Assembly: GCA_037447605.1 (NCBI GenBank)
Contig: CM074809.1
Span: forward strand, 2,842,689-2,906,688
Length of the DNA stretch: 64,000 bases
Direction: 5' to 3'
Origin: Zygnema circumcarinatum SAG 698-1b
Lineage: Eukaryota > Plantae > Zygnematophyceae
How positions within the stretch are numbered: the first letter of the stretch is position 1; every line of letters starts with the position of its first letter. Shown here in pieces: positions 23,031-36,970 of this stretch. A program made the translations under genes and the position numbers. The notes under the pieces are model-generated. The model had not been told where the DNA came from. It searched no databases and saw nothing but the letters and a program-made list of their open reading frames with translations.

Positions 23031-26000
23031 ATGGAACTTAGCGAAGCTTGGAGGCAGACGGGACCCTGCGCCTTCTCACCCGATGGCCTGCTTCTGGCAA
23101 CGCCTGTGGATCATCAACTTGTGATCAGAGACGTGCAGAGCTATCAGGTGCGTATAGAGCTATTGAATGGTGGAGGGTGGCGATACTACTCCGGCGAATT
23201 CTTGCTCGAGGGCCCAAAGAGCAGCAAGCAGGGCAACGGTGTTATTTTCATGGAAAATTAATTTCGCGGAGATGGTATTTAATGATATTAAGCACTGTGG
23301 TGACTCGAAGCAGCAAGGCAGACAGCAATTGCGGGTTGCAGTCTTGTTGTACAACTGGGGTGATAAGGAGTTTCAAAATGTAGTGTTCTGATTCTGAAGG
23401 GGTTGTAACGCATAGCCATTTTTCAAGCTGGGTGTCCTCAGATCGTGCATTTGTTCACTTGCAAAGACAAGATCAACCTGGTGGAATGGGCTTCAAATTC
23501 AGTGAACATTCTGTGTGCTTCGTTTGGCGCGGGCATAGTCCAGGTGCGTCCAATAGAAAGAAATTTTCTTAATGAACTTAGGAAATTCTTGAAACATTGG
23601 CAAGTTTGAAGAGCGACTCTTTTAGATTCATTTTGGCGTTTAATCTCTCCAAATTTTCACGTCGTGCAAGCATTCAACATTCGGAACATTCAGCATTCAG
23701 AACATTTTTTATTTATATGGCACTTCTTCGTTGCCTTCAAACGTAGTTGAAATCATGTCGACGCAGTGTTTTGAGGTCGCAGGCATTTTCAGTAATGGAG
23801 CTAACTTGGAGTTGTTGCATCACCGAGTCAGCTGTAGTGGGTTTGGCACATGCACGCTGGACTCCTGATGGGGAACACATCATCACCACCTCAGACTTTC
23901 AAATCCGCATCAGTATATGGTCAGTGGCAAGGTACATTTCTGGGCCGCTCACGCAGCAGGGAACCGTACAAGTCCATTCGATGTAAACAAGCTGTTTCTG
24001 CGGGTTATCTCTGTTTATACATTACGAGAATCGGAAATTACGTTTGCATCTTTCTATTCCTCTCCTTCACTCGTTTTGCACGTGTAATTGAAATAAATAT
24101 GATAAAACTTTGAAACCTGAAAATTGATATAAAAGTGGGAGGGATTACTGCTGAATTCTGCCGTTCTGTTGTAGTTCTATTGTCTGCAATAGATTCGCTG
24201 CTGAATGACGCACTTGAGTTTCAAGCGTTGATATAAGTTCTTGAACGGCGACTCTGGAATACCTCTCATGGATGCCAATGCTTTCCCTCGAGAGGGCATT
24301 GCCTGACGTTTCGTGTTGTCATGTAGAATTTATGGACAATGTTTCGTCATAGTGCTTTCTGCGTTTCTTCTGAATTGCGACGTTATTGTACCCACTGACT
24401 CCGGTTCACGTTTTCAGTTCTCAGTGTGTCCAGGTTTACTGGCCAAAACATGTTTTGCGAGGATTGGCTTTCAGTTCCGATGGTTGCTACATGGCAATTG
24501 CAACTCGTCAACAGTGCAAAGATGCGATCAACATAATTTCATGTGAAACTTGGGATGTGCTTCGCACTTTTATGCCGGAGACTTCCGACCTTGCCGACTT
24601 TGCGTGGTCTCCAGACAACCTGAGTATTGCAATTTGGGACACTCTGATGGAATACAAGGCGAGTCATGCACTCCGGCTAACTTTGTTTGGTGTACGGTTG
24701 AAATACTACCTTAGAGCCTCCTCACTAGATTCAAGCTGAACATGCATTCTGGAGATGCCTTTTCTTGGCCTTGCGTTTTGTCGGGCAGCCTCCTCAAATA
24801 TGAAGGCAGACATCGTCATTGTCCGATTTGCTTCTGCAGGTGTTGGTTTATTCCGCGGATGGCCACTGCCTTGTTAGATACCAAGCGTATCCTGTTGGTT
24901 TGGGTGTACGGACTGCAGTCTGGTCTCCGGAAGGTCACCTCTTGGCAGTCGGATCATCGTTTGACAACACGCTTCGGGCACTGAACATTCTTACAGGGAA
25001 GCCGGTGGTGGAATTCGTTCACAGTTCCATGGCGAAACTGCCAAACGGTGCAACGATTTATAAGGTTGCAACTGATGCCAAAAGCTTGTTGAACTGCTGC
25101 TTGATTGCTTTCGAGTTTTCGGTGGCAGAAGTATGTAAACAATTGAACTGAGCAGAACAAAAAGGGTTTGTTTTTTGGTTATCCGAAAAAGACAGAAAAA
25201 CAGCTGAAAACACACTTGAAGGGATGCGGGAACTGTGTAGGGAGCTGAGAGCTTCACAACCCTTCAACGAATAAGGAAACTGGACATAATAGTGTTCAGT
25301 TCTGAATCATAGCGATGTAAAATTTTCTGTTTGCTCAATATTGCAAATCAAGTCGTGTTCTTTAATTTCTGTACCTACAGCTCTTATTGGTTATAGCATG
25401 CTTGTCTTATGCAAGCGCTTGACATCCGGATGAGCCTCGTCCTGCTTGACTTGGCTCTGCCTGACTTGTAAGTGCTTGATCGTCTCTCCAATTTTTGTGG
25501 GCGATTGCAGGAAACATTAAAGCCTCTTGAAGAGGTGAATATAGCCAACCTTTCGCTGGAAGGCTCCGAAAATCCTGCAGGTGAGCTCACTCTATTTCCC
25601 TCGAAAGTTTACGTTCTTTCTTAGAATCTATTTTCATACCTGCAATAAGCAAGTTTTCGGTGCTATTGTCTGGAAAGCCATTACCTGTTCTCACGTGCAA
25701 GTGCTCATTGTGCGATAACGAAGGTCTCAAATGATTTCATTGCTGCCCCTTCATTTCTTGCACGAGGCCTCTCTTCTGGTAACTACTGTACCTGGACCTC
25801 ATTCTAATTTCGTGTTTAGCCCTGCAAGTTGGCCAACCTTGAACTTTATCATCCTCCTCATCAAGTTGTATGCTTGTCGTACGCAGAATGGAAGATAGGG
25901 ACTATGCAACATTCGCAATACGAGATCATGGGAAACGATTACAAACTCACTGCTGAGAGGCCGGCCCACGACAAGCCCAATCCTAAGCAGGGTGTGGGTG

Positions 26001-26126
26001 AGTTGCATGAGGGCCCTATTCCTTCCCACTGCTTGTTCCACAGTCCAAAAGCCTATATGAAGTCTGCGACACCCTCCCAAGTGCTTCTTGCCTTGCTGTC
26101 TAGGAGAATAGCAGCAGGCAAGATAT

Positions 26127-26163
<37 letters not shown>

Positions 26164-26682
26164 NNNNNNNNNNCCCCCCCCCCCCCCCCCCAGCCAGCCC
26201 CCCTCCCCTGTGTACCAACACCGTATGTATGTGCGCGTACCGGTACGGCAGGGATGGCGGCGTGGAGCGCGGACGGGCGGCACCTTTTGGCGCGGTGCGA
26301 GGCGGTGCCCTGCGCGGTGTGGGTGTGGGACGTGGCGCGGCTCGCCCTCGCGGCGGTCCTCGTGCAGCGCGACCCCGTGCGGTGCGCGGCCTGGGACCCC
26401 TCCTCCACAGCGCGCCTCGCGCTCTGCACGGCCTCCCCCGCCCCGCGGCTCTACTTCTGGGAGGCGGCGGCCGGGGGCGCGGCCTCCTGCGTCACGCTGC
26501 CGGAGGGGCTCGGGGCCGGGGCCGGGGCCGGGGCCGGGGGCGCCTTCCTGGTCTCGGACCTGCAGTGGAGCCCCGACGGCACCCGCCTCCTCCTGCGGAG
26601 CCGGGACGCGGTCTGCTGCGCCTTCCTCGCCGACGACGAGACCGCGCCGTCACTTGACGGGACGGGACGTGACGTGACGTGA
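23031..26682 (+). CDS. WRAP73: WD40-repeat protein WRAP73/WDR8
   Basis: Exons give MELSEAWRQTGPCAFSPDG...HQLVIRDV, WTPDGEHIITTSDFQIRISIWS, FAWSPDNLSIAIWDTLMEYK|VLVYSADG, WSPEGHLLAVGSSFDNTLRALN, KPNPKQGVG|MAAWSADGRHLLARCEAVPCAVWVWD. Colinear with WRAP73 as recalled. Confidence 0.92.
26128..26191. repeat. Poly-C tract spanning a 10-N gap (26164-26173) in the last WRAP73 intron
   Basis: Read directly from the sequence. Confidence 0.95.
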
Positions 26683-27175
26683 CCGCTTGCATGCATGCGT
26701 GTGTGCATGCACAGCTTTTTGAGGTGATTCCTTTTTGATTTTTTTTTTATTGTTGGATATTATGTATCTGCGGCTTTGAAGAGAATGGATAGGATGTGGA
26801 ATTGATCTCATGATGGCGATGCCATCAAATGTACGTGGACAAAATCAGCATGTGGAACCATGAAGAACTGATCACAAAGGACCTGAGGTCAAAAGAAAAA
26901 AGCTAGGAGCGGAAAGCTACGCCAGGACAACGCAGCCCTCCCTAGAAGCAGCCGAGAAGGTCATTGCATAGTCTTCGTTTGTACAAGCACGCGGTGTCGT
27001 CAGTGGTTTCGACCCGAATTTGAATCAGCCTCGTTGATTGAGCATCTTTTGTTTTTTTTTGATGCTATTGTTATTGTTAGTGCCTTGTGGCTATGTGAAT
27101 TGCAACCCCACCATCCTCCCGAGCCCTAAGCATGAACAAACCTTGTCCACGTTGGCACTTGTGGAACACTACTTG

Positions 27176-27264
27176 CGCATGTGTGTGCATGCATGCATGT
27201 CGCGCATGATCCTCCCATGCATGCATGCATGTCGCGCATGATTCTCCCATGCATGCATGCATGC
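27176..27264. repeat. (GCAT)n-rich 32-bp tandem repeat, about 2.5 copies (RY-like CATGCATG motifs)
   Basis: GCATGCATGCATGTCGCGCATGAT(C/T)CTCCCAT starts at 27187 and 27219, followed by a partial third copy. Confidence 0.85.
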
Positions 27265-27744
27265 TTGGCTCACGCCATGGCCGCATGGCATAGCCCTCCC
27301 CTCGGGCGCCACCCTCCGCCGACCCGGCAGGGCCCTTAGCCCTAAGGAGGCGGGCGGGCTCGCACGTGCGGCCCGCCTGGACAAGTACAACCAGATTTTC
27401 CATGCCAATGGCCTCAAACCAAAAGGCCCAAAACTGAAATTTAAACGCCTCCACGGTCTGAAAATTCAGATTCTTCAAGCTGCCCGCTGACCTGTCCCCC
27501 TGCCCGCCCACACTCCGCCGCGCGCCGAAGTTCGTTCCCGCGGGCCTGCCCGTAGGGAAAATTAGAAAAAAAGCGCGCAGCGGAACGTGGGCGGCAATGA
27601 TGGCGGGCTAGATGGCGCGCCCCCGCCAGTAGCTGGCCGCCAGCTGGCGCGCTCTCCAAAGTCGCCGCTCGGATCCGCCGGCTCGCCGGCCGGCGCCGGG
27701 CGGCAGCCCACTTGCCGGGCCTGCCCCGCCCCGCCCCTGCTGGC

Positions 27745-27778
<34 letters not shown>

Positions 27779-28064
27779 GGCGGGCTGCAGGCTGGAAGTG
27801 CAGGGGGAGAGATTATGGCGGTTAGGGCATGAAGGAGGAGGAGGCGGGGTGAGGGGAGGGGAGGGGTGGGGAGGAGACGAGAGGGAGCAGGGGAGAGCAG
27901 AGGGGTTGTGGAAAAGTGGAGTCAAGGGCAGGGTGGGAGAGAAAGAGGGTTAGGGATGTGGAGATGAGGAAGGCGAGGGTGTAGGGTAAGGGAAGGGAAC
28001 AAGTGGAGCGGATATCAATGCATGAGCGTGTGTGAAGGCGTCTGTGCATGGTTGTGGAGCGACC

Positions 28065-31000
28065 ATGGGAGGATGCCTGTCTAACCCTGATGACAGATTT
28101 CCTGGCGATGTTAATGGCACAGCAGGCTCAGGTCGCAAAGGTGAAGAGGAGGGACACAAGGGGCTAAATTGTGGCTTAGAAATGATGCGGCCTTTTTCTA
28201 TGTGGAGGACATCTGTAGTTTCTTAGCATTTGTTTTGGATAAACAGGGTCTTGAGCTATACGGATTTTCCTACTTTTTTCTCTCTTTATTACCTCTTTTT
28301 CGATTTCTTGAGTCCGCTGTAGGTTCCCGTCCATCACAGCTCACAGGTGACTTAAGCATTTTGGGTTCCTGTTGACAAATGTGGGTGTCATGGCTAGCAA
28401 TTTTGGAGGACGGTTTTTGCAGCGAAGGCACGTGACAAGAGTGTCTACTTGAATGCATTCCGTGGTGCAGTTTTTCAGGAAGTTGTCTACATAGAATTAC
28501 GTCTTTTTTTGCGTATTCCTTTTTTCTCGAATGTTATCATTGTTGGCTATCGTCCACTCGCGAAAGACAGAAACGACTAGCGTTATGTCTGCAAAATTTC
28601 GTCGTCAGGTTTTCTCTTCTTTCTGGAGCAGGGTTATTGGTCCCTGCCATTGTCAGGCAGGTCACTAGGAGAGGCAGGTTTCGTAGGTATTCCGGTCAAC
28701 GGCCGCCAGACGCTCATGGTCGTGAAGGCTTTCTCAATTTCATCACCCTAATTCGGAAATGCAAGGTTTCGCTGATGCAGGGTACCTTGTAAGGTCTAAC
28801 TGGATGTTGATTACTCTAAAGTTTATGCATGTATCTGCCAGATACATATCACTATGTGATCCACATAGGTAGATTGTTACTAGTGTATTTTCTCGGAGGT
28901 CGTCTTAGATTTAATTACGGCCACATTGTGGGAAGGGGATATTTTTTGAAGTCACTAGAGGTTGCTTCATCGTGCTCAGGTTTTTTTTGTTGAAACTTTC
29001 CCGTCGAGAACGTGCGCAGATCATTTGCATTTTTTAAGCTTTTGGCTTTTTTATGTGGGACAGGCTCGCACATCCACCGTACCGCAATGCCACTCTCCCC
29101 TCGCAGTGCTTCAGAACGCCGTGCTCTCGCCTCTGCAAATGGTGGTGCAGGAGGTCGCATACATACTGTTTACTTCACAGAGACTGGATTGCGTGTATTT
29201 TCTTTCGAGGAGCTGAGAATAGCAACCCGGAACTTTCGTCCTGATTCCCTGCTTGGCGAGGGTGGCTTCGGAAGCGTGTTCCGAGGATGGGTAGATGAAA
29301 GTGGCAAGGGTTCGGGGCAAGTGGTGGCGGTAAAGGTCTTGAACACCGAGGGGCTTCAGGGGCACAAGGAGTGGATGGTGAGAACTATATGACTGCATTA
29401 CTTCCATCGTGAATTGGAAAGTCCCAGGAGAGGCTGTAATCAGCAATAATGGAGGAAATTAGGGTGATGTGATTGAAGTAGCTATGAATGCAGTGTATGC
29501 AGTATTGTTGCAGAAGTGTCTACCCCTGAGCACCTTTTTTTAGTGAGTTGGGGTTGACACGTTCAATAACCTAATCTTGCTCCTCTTTTCATGCTTCAAA
29601 AGAGCTGCTTGGTCCAGCCGAATTTACCAATGTTGATGTTCATGACAGTAGCTATCATTTCACTTTGCTGTGGGAGACACTCCTTCCTTCTACTGCGGAG
29701 TCAGTTTTTGTAACTATGCTGATTTTTTTCCAGCTTTAGGATCAAGAGAGAAGTGGTTTGGTCGCCCATACAGACTGGCCCAGTTGAGGGAGTTAAATAT
29801 GATTGTCGAGTTATGAATCCCACATAAGACAGATTCAAGCTGATACCTATCTGCTCAAACCTTTTGTTGTCAGCAGGCTCAGATTGTTGAAAAGTCTGAA
29901 AGACTTATACTTGACTTGTTTTCAGCTAAAAAGTTTCAATGGGAGTTGTCTGCAGTCAGTGAAGTTCAAGGATTTGTGGCAGTGCCTTGTTGACATTACT
30001 CTTGGAAATAGAGAGCGTTACTCCCTCATTAGTCCTGAGCGTCGAACATGGCATTGGTTAGATAAGTTAATCATTTCAAACACGACTGTGATCCTTATAG
30101 GGATTGTTGTCTTTAATACAGGCAGAAGTTAACTTTCTTGGCCTTCTTCACCATGAGAATTTGGTGCGCCTCATCGGGTTCTGTGCTGAGGATGAACAAC
30201 GGCTTCTGGTCTACGAGTATATGCCGCGAGGCAGTTTGGAAAACCACCTGTTTAGAAGTACGTCTCCTTGCCTGCATGCTGTATCATAATCGCTTCTACT
30301 TGTTAAGGAATCTGCCCTTGGCAGAACTTCATTACATTCTCATCGTGACATCTGCATGCTTTATTGGCAAGAGTAAACATGTGGGCTTGTAGAATCTGTT
30401 TTTGGCTGGACTACTTCTACCTGAGCCTTACATTCAATCTAAGTTAAACATCCTAGGCCCTTAGTTTTGGGTAAGGGAATGAAACTGGCGTGTTTAAGGA
30501 ATCCAGGGCGTGTAGTACTGGATAGACTTTTTTTTTTATGTTTATCTCGACACGAGTATCTATGATTCTGACTCTAATGCTTTCAACAGAGTCATAATCT
30601 GCTTGGGCTTGGGCTTGCATAACAGGATCCCTTGCCGTTTTGCCTTGGCAAATAAGAATGAAAATTGCCCTGGGAGCAGCAAGAGGGCTTGCATATCTTC
30701 ATGAAGAAGCGGAGCGCCAAGTAATTTACCGTGATTTTAAGACGTCCAATATCTTGCTAGACCATGTAAGTTTCTGGATCTACCTCATACAGCCATGACC
30801 ATCATGTGGGTAATCATGTGGAGTAGGCCAATCTCAAACGTAAAATGACAAGTATCAAGTCTCAGCCAATTTTAACAGGCGATGTACAGAATAGAAAGCT
30901 TTCTGGCTTTCTGACGATTATAGTGATGGTATGACTTTTGAGTATGCCGTCTAGTTGAGGCCATCATCAAGGTTCGGTTTGGTGAATGTGTTAGAGAGTT

Positions 31001-32698
31001 GAAGTGCTTTTGCCTTGGCTGGCAGAGGAGCTCATCAGCTTTTTGCCTGACTAGAATTTTTTAAATATGGAAGTAAAAGAGAAGGGTTCACCGGCCAGTT
31101 GTCTAGGTATATCCAGATGCAGACAGGCGGGGGCACGGCTGCATAGCCCAGATGGCAAGGTGTTGGTATGGCATTCAGGCTTTGCTACTTTCTCTTGACA
31201 ACCTGGGAGTTTTATCGCTGTTGGCCTTAGACGAAGCACATGAACCTTCTTTTAGGGTTTACAACTCATTACCGGAGCCTGAGGCGGCCAGCCCCCCCCG
31301 GTCCAGAGGATTAGAGTGGGACTGGCCCTGAACCTCTCAGTCAGTAGCATCATTTCGCCGGTGCAACATGCCAGTCTCTCCAAATTTTCTTCCAATGATA
31401 GCCTCCCTGAATCAATTCAAAATTTTGTAATCTAGTTTAGGGTGTTTCTACTGTAATCAAGGCTAGAACCTTCATGTCACCTAAATGACTTTGGTGGGCA
31501 TGCCTGCTGGTTGAAGTTGATCAGCAAATATGGAGGTCTGAAAATGTCCTTTACAATCTTTACAATGGACCTTAAGAAACCCAAATTGTGTAGTGGGAAG
31601 TTATTCAACAGCTTTGCACGATTCCCACGATTTTTCTCATTTTGAAAATCCTGCTCACGGTTATTGCAGCCTTCTTAGTACCTGTACAGAACGTTGAGAC
31701 TAGTGAAATGATTGCTAGTTGAGCTCAAGAATGATGAAGCAGATAGTGGGGGGCTTCATGGCTTGTCGAGACCCCTTGGTGAAACAAATGCTGTGCGGAT
31801 TATTGCAACAACTGGCAGAGTTTTGCACTTAAAAGATCTTCGTTCTACTGTTCTTCGTGTGCAGGATTTCAATTCGAAGCTTTCCGATTTTGGCCTTGCA
31901 AAGGATGGGCCAGAAGGGGACAAGACGCATGTTTCCACAAGGGTGATGGGAACCTATGGATATGCAGCTCCTGAGTATGTCATGACAGGTGGGCTCTTCT
32001 TTTCTGCTTGAACTTCCCATATATTGGCGCAAACCTCCTCCTTTTTGTAATGTGGATATTGCTTCGACTCATTACTTGTGCGAGTGTCCTTATAATTTAG
32101 TTGCAGGTGCAACATGTTCATCCTTTCAACATTGACCATCTCAAGATAACCTATACGTTGGGATGCCTCCTTGCTTCGAGCAATTCTCACGAGTCGAAGT
32201 GATTTGTTTCTTGTCGCAGGGCATTTGACAGCCAAGAGTGACGTGTACAGCTACGGTGTGGTCCTCTTGGAGATGATCACAGGCCGGCGGTCAATGGACA
32301 AATCACGGCCACAGGAAGAGCACAACCTTGTAGACTGGGCCCGCCCCTTTTTCGCTGACAGGAGGAAACTGTTCCGGCTGATGGACCCCCGGCTAGAAGG
32401 GCAGTACTCGGTGCGAGGTGCCACCAAAGCAGCTCTCCTTGCGCAGCACTGCCTCAGCCGCGACCCCAAGGCCCGGCCCCTCATGAGCGATGTGGTGGAG
32501 ACCCTGAAGCCGCTGCAGGACCTCACAGACATGGCAGCCTCATATGCAGACACAGCAGCTGCTCTACAGGGGATGCAGGGGGGTCGGAATGCGACATCTG
32601 CCACCATGAGTCCCGGGAGAAACGCCGTGGGAGGCTCAGCCCGCAGGCAACAGCAGAATGCAAATAACGGGGGCAAAAGCGCGAGGTCAAGCTCTTGA
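28065..32698 (+). CDS. PBL: Receptor-like cytoplasmic kinase, RLCK-VII (PBL34/35/36-like), at least 6 exons
   Basis: Exon 1 [10 protein letters not shown]... (28065-28140) has a myristoylation/palmitoylation-type start. Then [46 protein letters not shown]|[56 protein letters not shown]|[12 protein letters not shown] and LSRDPKARP. Confidence 0.95.
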
Positions 32699-34325
32699 AG
32701 GGCGGGAGCACTGCAGGAGGGGTGTTGTCATCAGCCTTAAGCTGATGATTCTGAAGGACAAGGACCTGTAAGGGCAAATTTCGCGAAGAGCCTGTTATAT
32801 ACTATATTGGGTCACTGCCAACTAGCCAGCGCGTTGTAAATGACAACTCTTTATCAGCTACTTATGTTGACCAGCGAGGATTCCATAGCTCCGGCAGATT
32901 TGGAGTGAAAATATGAAAAGAAAACTGAGGCCAGCTGACGCTCATGTTGAAGCGATTTTGATGACTCCACGGAAGGACTCCTGGGGAAGTGCATCTCTTC
33001 CTGCGCGCATTCAGCTTCTCTCCAATTCTCCCCTTGGCGCCTTTTTATTGTTTTTGATTTCCCTTCGCAGCTTGTGCCCTCAGATTGTCCCCTTCTCTGC
33101 TCTCTCCTCAACTTCGCTGCACCTTAATACCCTCGTGTAGTGTATTGCTGTTTTCCCTCGTTAGCTTCGCCAGGACACCACCGCCCCTGTGATGTGCCTG
33201 CGCCACTCCACTCCCCTGTTTGTACTCTTATAGCATTTATTTAACTACTTCCTTTCTTGGCTAGTTTCTCTCCCACCCCTCTCTCTTTCCCATCCACGGT
33301 GGGAAGGAGTCTCGCCCAGCGTTCAAAGAGCTGTGCGTCACCTGCATGCGGCAGGCGAATGACCTAATTTCCCAATGTATCTTCCGGTTCTGACAGATGG
33401 GCACACTATCACATGATAGCTATTCAGCACTTGAGAACACAAAGAGACGCACGCCACAGCAGGCGCCCGAGTCTGCAGCTTCGTTCGTGCCCCTCCCCGC
33501 TCTGCGGAGTGGTGGGCACGAATGCTGCCAGCATCAGGACAGGACGAGAGTGCGGGTCTAAGAGCTATGCGTAGGCAGTCTTGTCGAAGGCAACACTGTT
33601 GTTCTAACTGAGTCTACATATCAGTGGGATTGAGCCACCTCCAAGTTGGGAGAAAAAAAAACAATCTGAGGTCTAGCACTACGTGAGCATGCCTGTACAA
33701 ACAAGTTCCATTATTCGGGCAGGTGGTTGTTTGTCCTACGCTCCTGGCCAACAAAGATGAAACACCCCTTAGCCAACCCTAAGTGTAGAAATTCAGGTGT
33801 GGGTAAATCTCCTCTAGTAGCACAGAAAGCCAGCTGTAACACAAGAATTCCAATACCATACACATCGACAGCTATAAATGCTCAGCATACAAGACCCTTG
33901 GCATTAAAGGCCAATCCCCTCCCGTTGTATTCTGAACAGAATGGTATATCAGTTGGAATCTGCCACAATCAGCACTTATCTTCCACGACAGTCTCTGAAA
34001 ACAGGTGCGACCAAGGCCTACATCTGTTCAAATACCTCTTATCAGCCTGTTCTATCCAGTCCCAACCAATAAACAGCGATCCTTTCGGACCATAGCCTAA
34101 AGTTACGTCGAGTTCGGAGCTCAACTAATCACTTGCAGCAAATGACTGCTTCAGTAAAGCACACAACACTCATAACCTGTGCTCTGAAAAACCCCAGTTC
34201 CAATGCACATGTTGCCTGCACATCTGCGCTCGTGTAATTTCCCATTCATTATGCTGTTTAGTCCAGAGTAAACAGTCCACAGTGGCTGACACGATAAGGC
34301 ATCCACTAGGTCTGCAATCCCAGAG

Positions 34326-35468
<1,143 letters not shown>

Positions 35469-35498
35469 TGTTTTGTGCTTCCTGTCGCGAGTCCAAGC

Positions 35499-35549
35499 AC
35501 AAGCAGAAGCAGAAGCAGAAGCAGAAGCAGAAGCAGAAGTAGAAGCAGG
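35499..35549. repeat. (AGCAGA)n hexamer repeat upstream of the CaM ATG
   Basis: About 8 units, read directly. Confidence 0.9.
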
Positions 35550-36970
35550 AGCAGCTTTCTCCTTCCTTCGGTTGCCTCCGAGGAACAGCCCCGACCAGCC
35601 CTGGCAGGCGGGCAGGGCCCCGCGCGGCCGTACGATTCGCGGCCGGCCGCCGTACGGATGCCAGCCAGCCAGCAGAGTACGGAACATCACAAACCACGGG
35701 AAATTCGTGGACAAAACCACGAGCGAAGTGATTCGTACGGTACGGAAGGTGTACGGGCTGCGGAGTGTTTGTGGGTTCGATGTTTGTGTTAGTGTGTGCA
35801 GCTCTCAGCATTTTCCGTTAATGTTTTGCGATAGCGAGCATGAGAGTGCCCTGGAGAGGGAGAGGGAGGACGGTTGCAGATGGCAAGAGCGATGGGATGA
35901 ACCAGTATGAAAAGGTAAGCATCGACTAAAAGAGGAATGGAAGTAAGAGATTTTATTCTCAAGTTTTTGCTCCATGTTAGGCCACGAATGCGCAGAAGGT
36001 GATTGTAGGTTAGAAAAGTGAAAGGCTGTCATGAACATTGGTTGTTGATCTTCTCTGATGGCAACGTTCGTCGTTGCATACTTGTGAACAGAGCAGTGAA
36101 CAAGTGAGACTGGCAACTGACATGGTCAGGATGCAGAACACATCCAACACTGCCATCTATGCAACAATATAGCTCCCCTATTGAGTTAATCTTCGTGTGG
36201 GGAAAGGTGACTCATGACACAATCGTGAGCTGAAGCACTCAGTCTGTCTAAGCATCAGCGCGAACCATTGTTGATGCCTTCAGAAATCAATTACTGGCTC
36301 CCTCGTCAGCATGATGCCATCAACAGTTTGCAGAACAAGGCCCCATCCTGTATTTGGAGGTCTGTCGATGAGGATGTGTAGCCTTCAAATCTATACATAC
36401 TAACCAAGGATCGCATTACAATTCTCAGTAAGTCCTGTCCAGGCTACTTGCCAAAGATGGACTACACATCTTGTTTTGGCTGCACAAGTAAACACTGACT
36501 TGCATCGACTGTCAGGTCTGGCTATTCACAAGAAAGACAATCATGTGCAGCTTATCAGGCTTCAGAGAGAAGGCAGAGTTCACGCCGTCCCACAATCATG
36601 CACTGACTACTATCGACCAGCTTTACTCGGAACCACACGAGAAATTCGCGACTCAGTCAGCATCTGGCCAAAATTTGCGACTGTAAGCCACTCCCAGACT
36701 GTCAGAAAGTGGTTCTCCATTCCAGTTTCCAACCCCCCAGCAAAAAGCCACCCAGTTGTTCACACAATAGAGGAGTGAGCTTCGAAGCCAGCTGGTAAGA
36801 ATAGCCCGTGGCTGACTTTGCATGCGCAATAACCTTCTCATAGCCATCCGAAGATACTAGATTCAGCTGCAAGACCTATCCCCCTTTAAGAAAAAAACAA
36901 CCCAAATGGGGGCACTTCTCCTCCAGCTTCTTCTAGTAGGACTTGTCGACTGAAGTCTCCCTATTTCTTC

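Noticed and set aside
25829-26677. 282-aa ORF crossing the poly-C gap
   Set aside because: It is a chimera of a WRAP73 exon, an intron and an alternative frame of the GC-rich last exon.
23031-26682. WRAP73 as evidence for centrioles or flagella
   Set aside because: WDR8 is retained in non-flagellated land plants, where it acts with Msd1 at microtubule nucleation sites, so it is not diagnostic.
27257-27925. Short ORFs between WRAP73 and the kinase
   Set aside because: They come from GCAT/GCT repeats and GC-rich promoter sequence, with no coherent splice structure.
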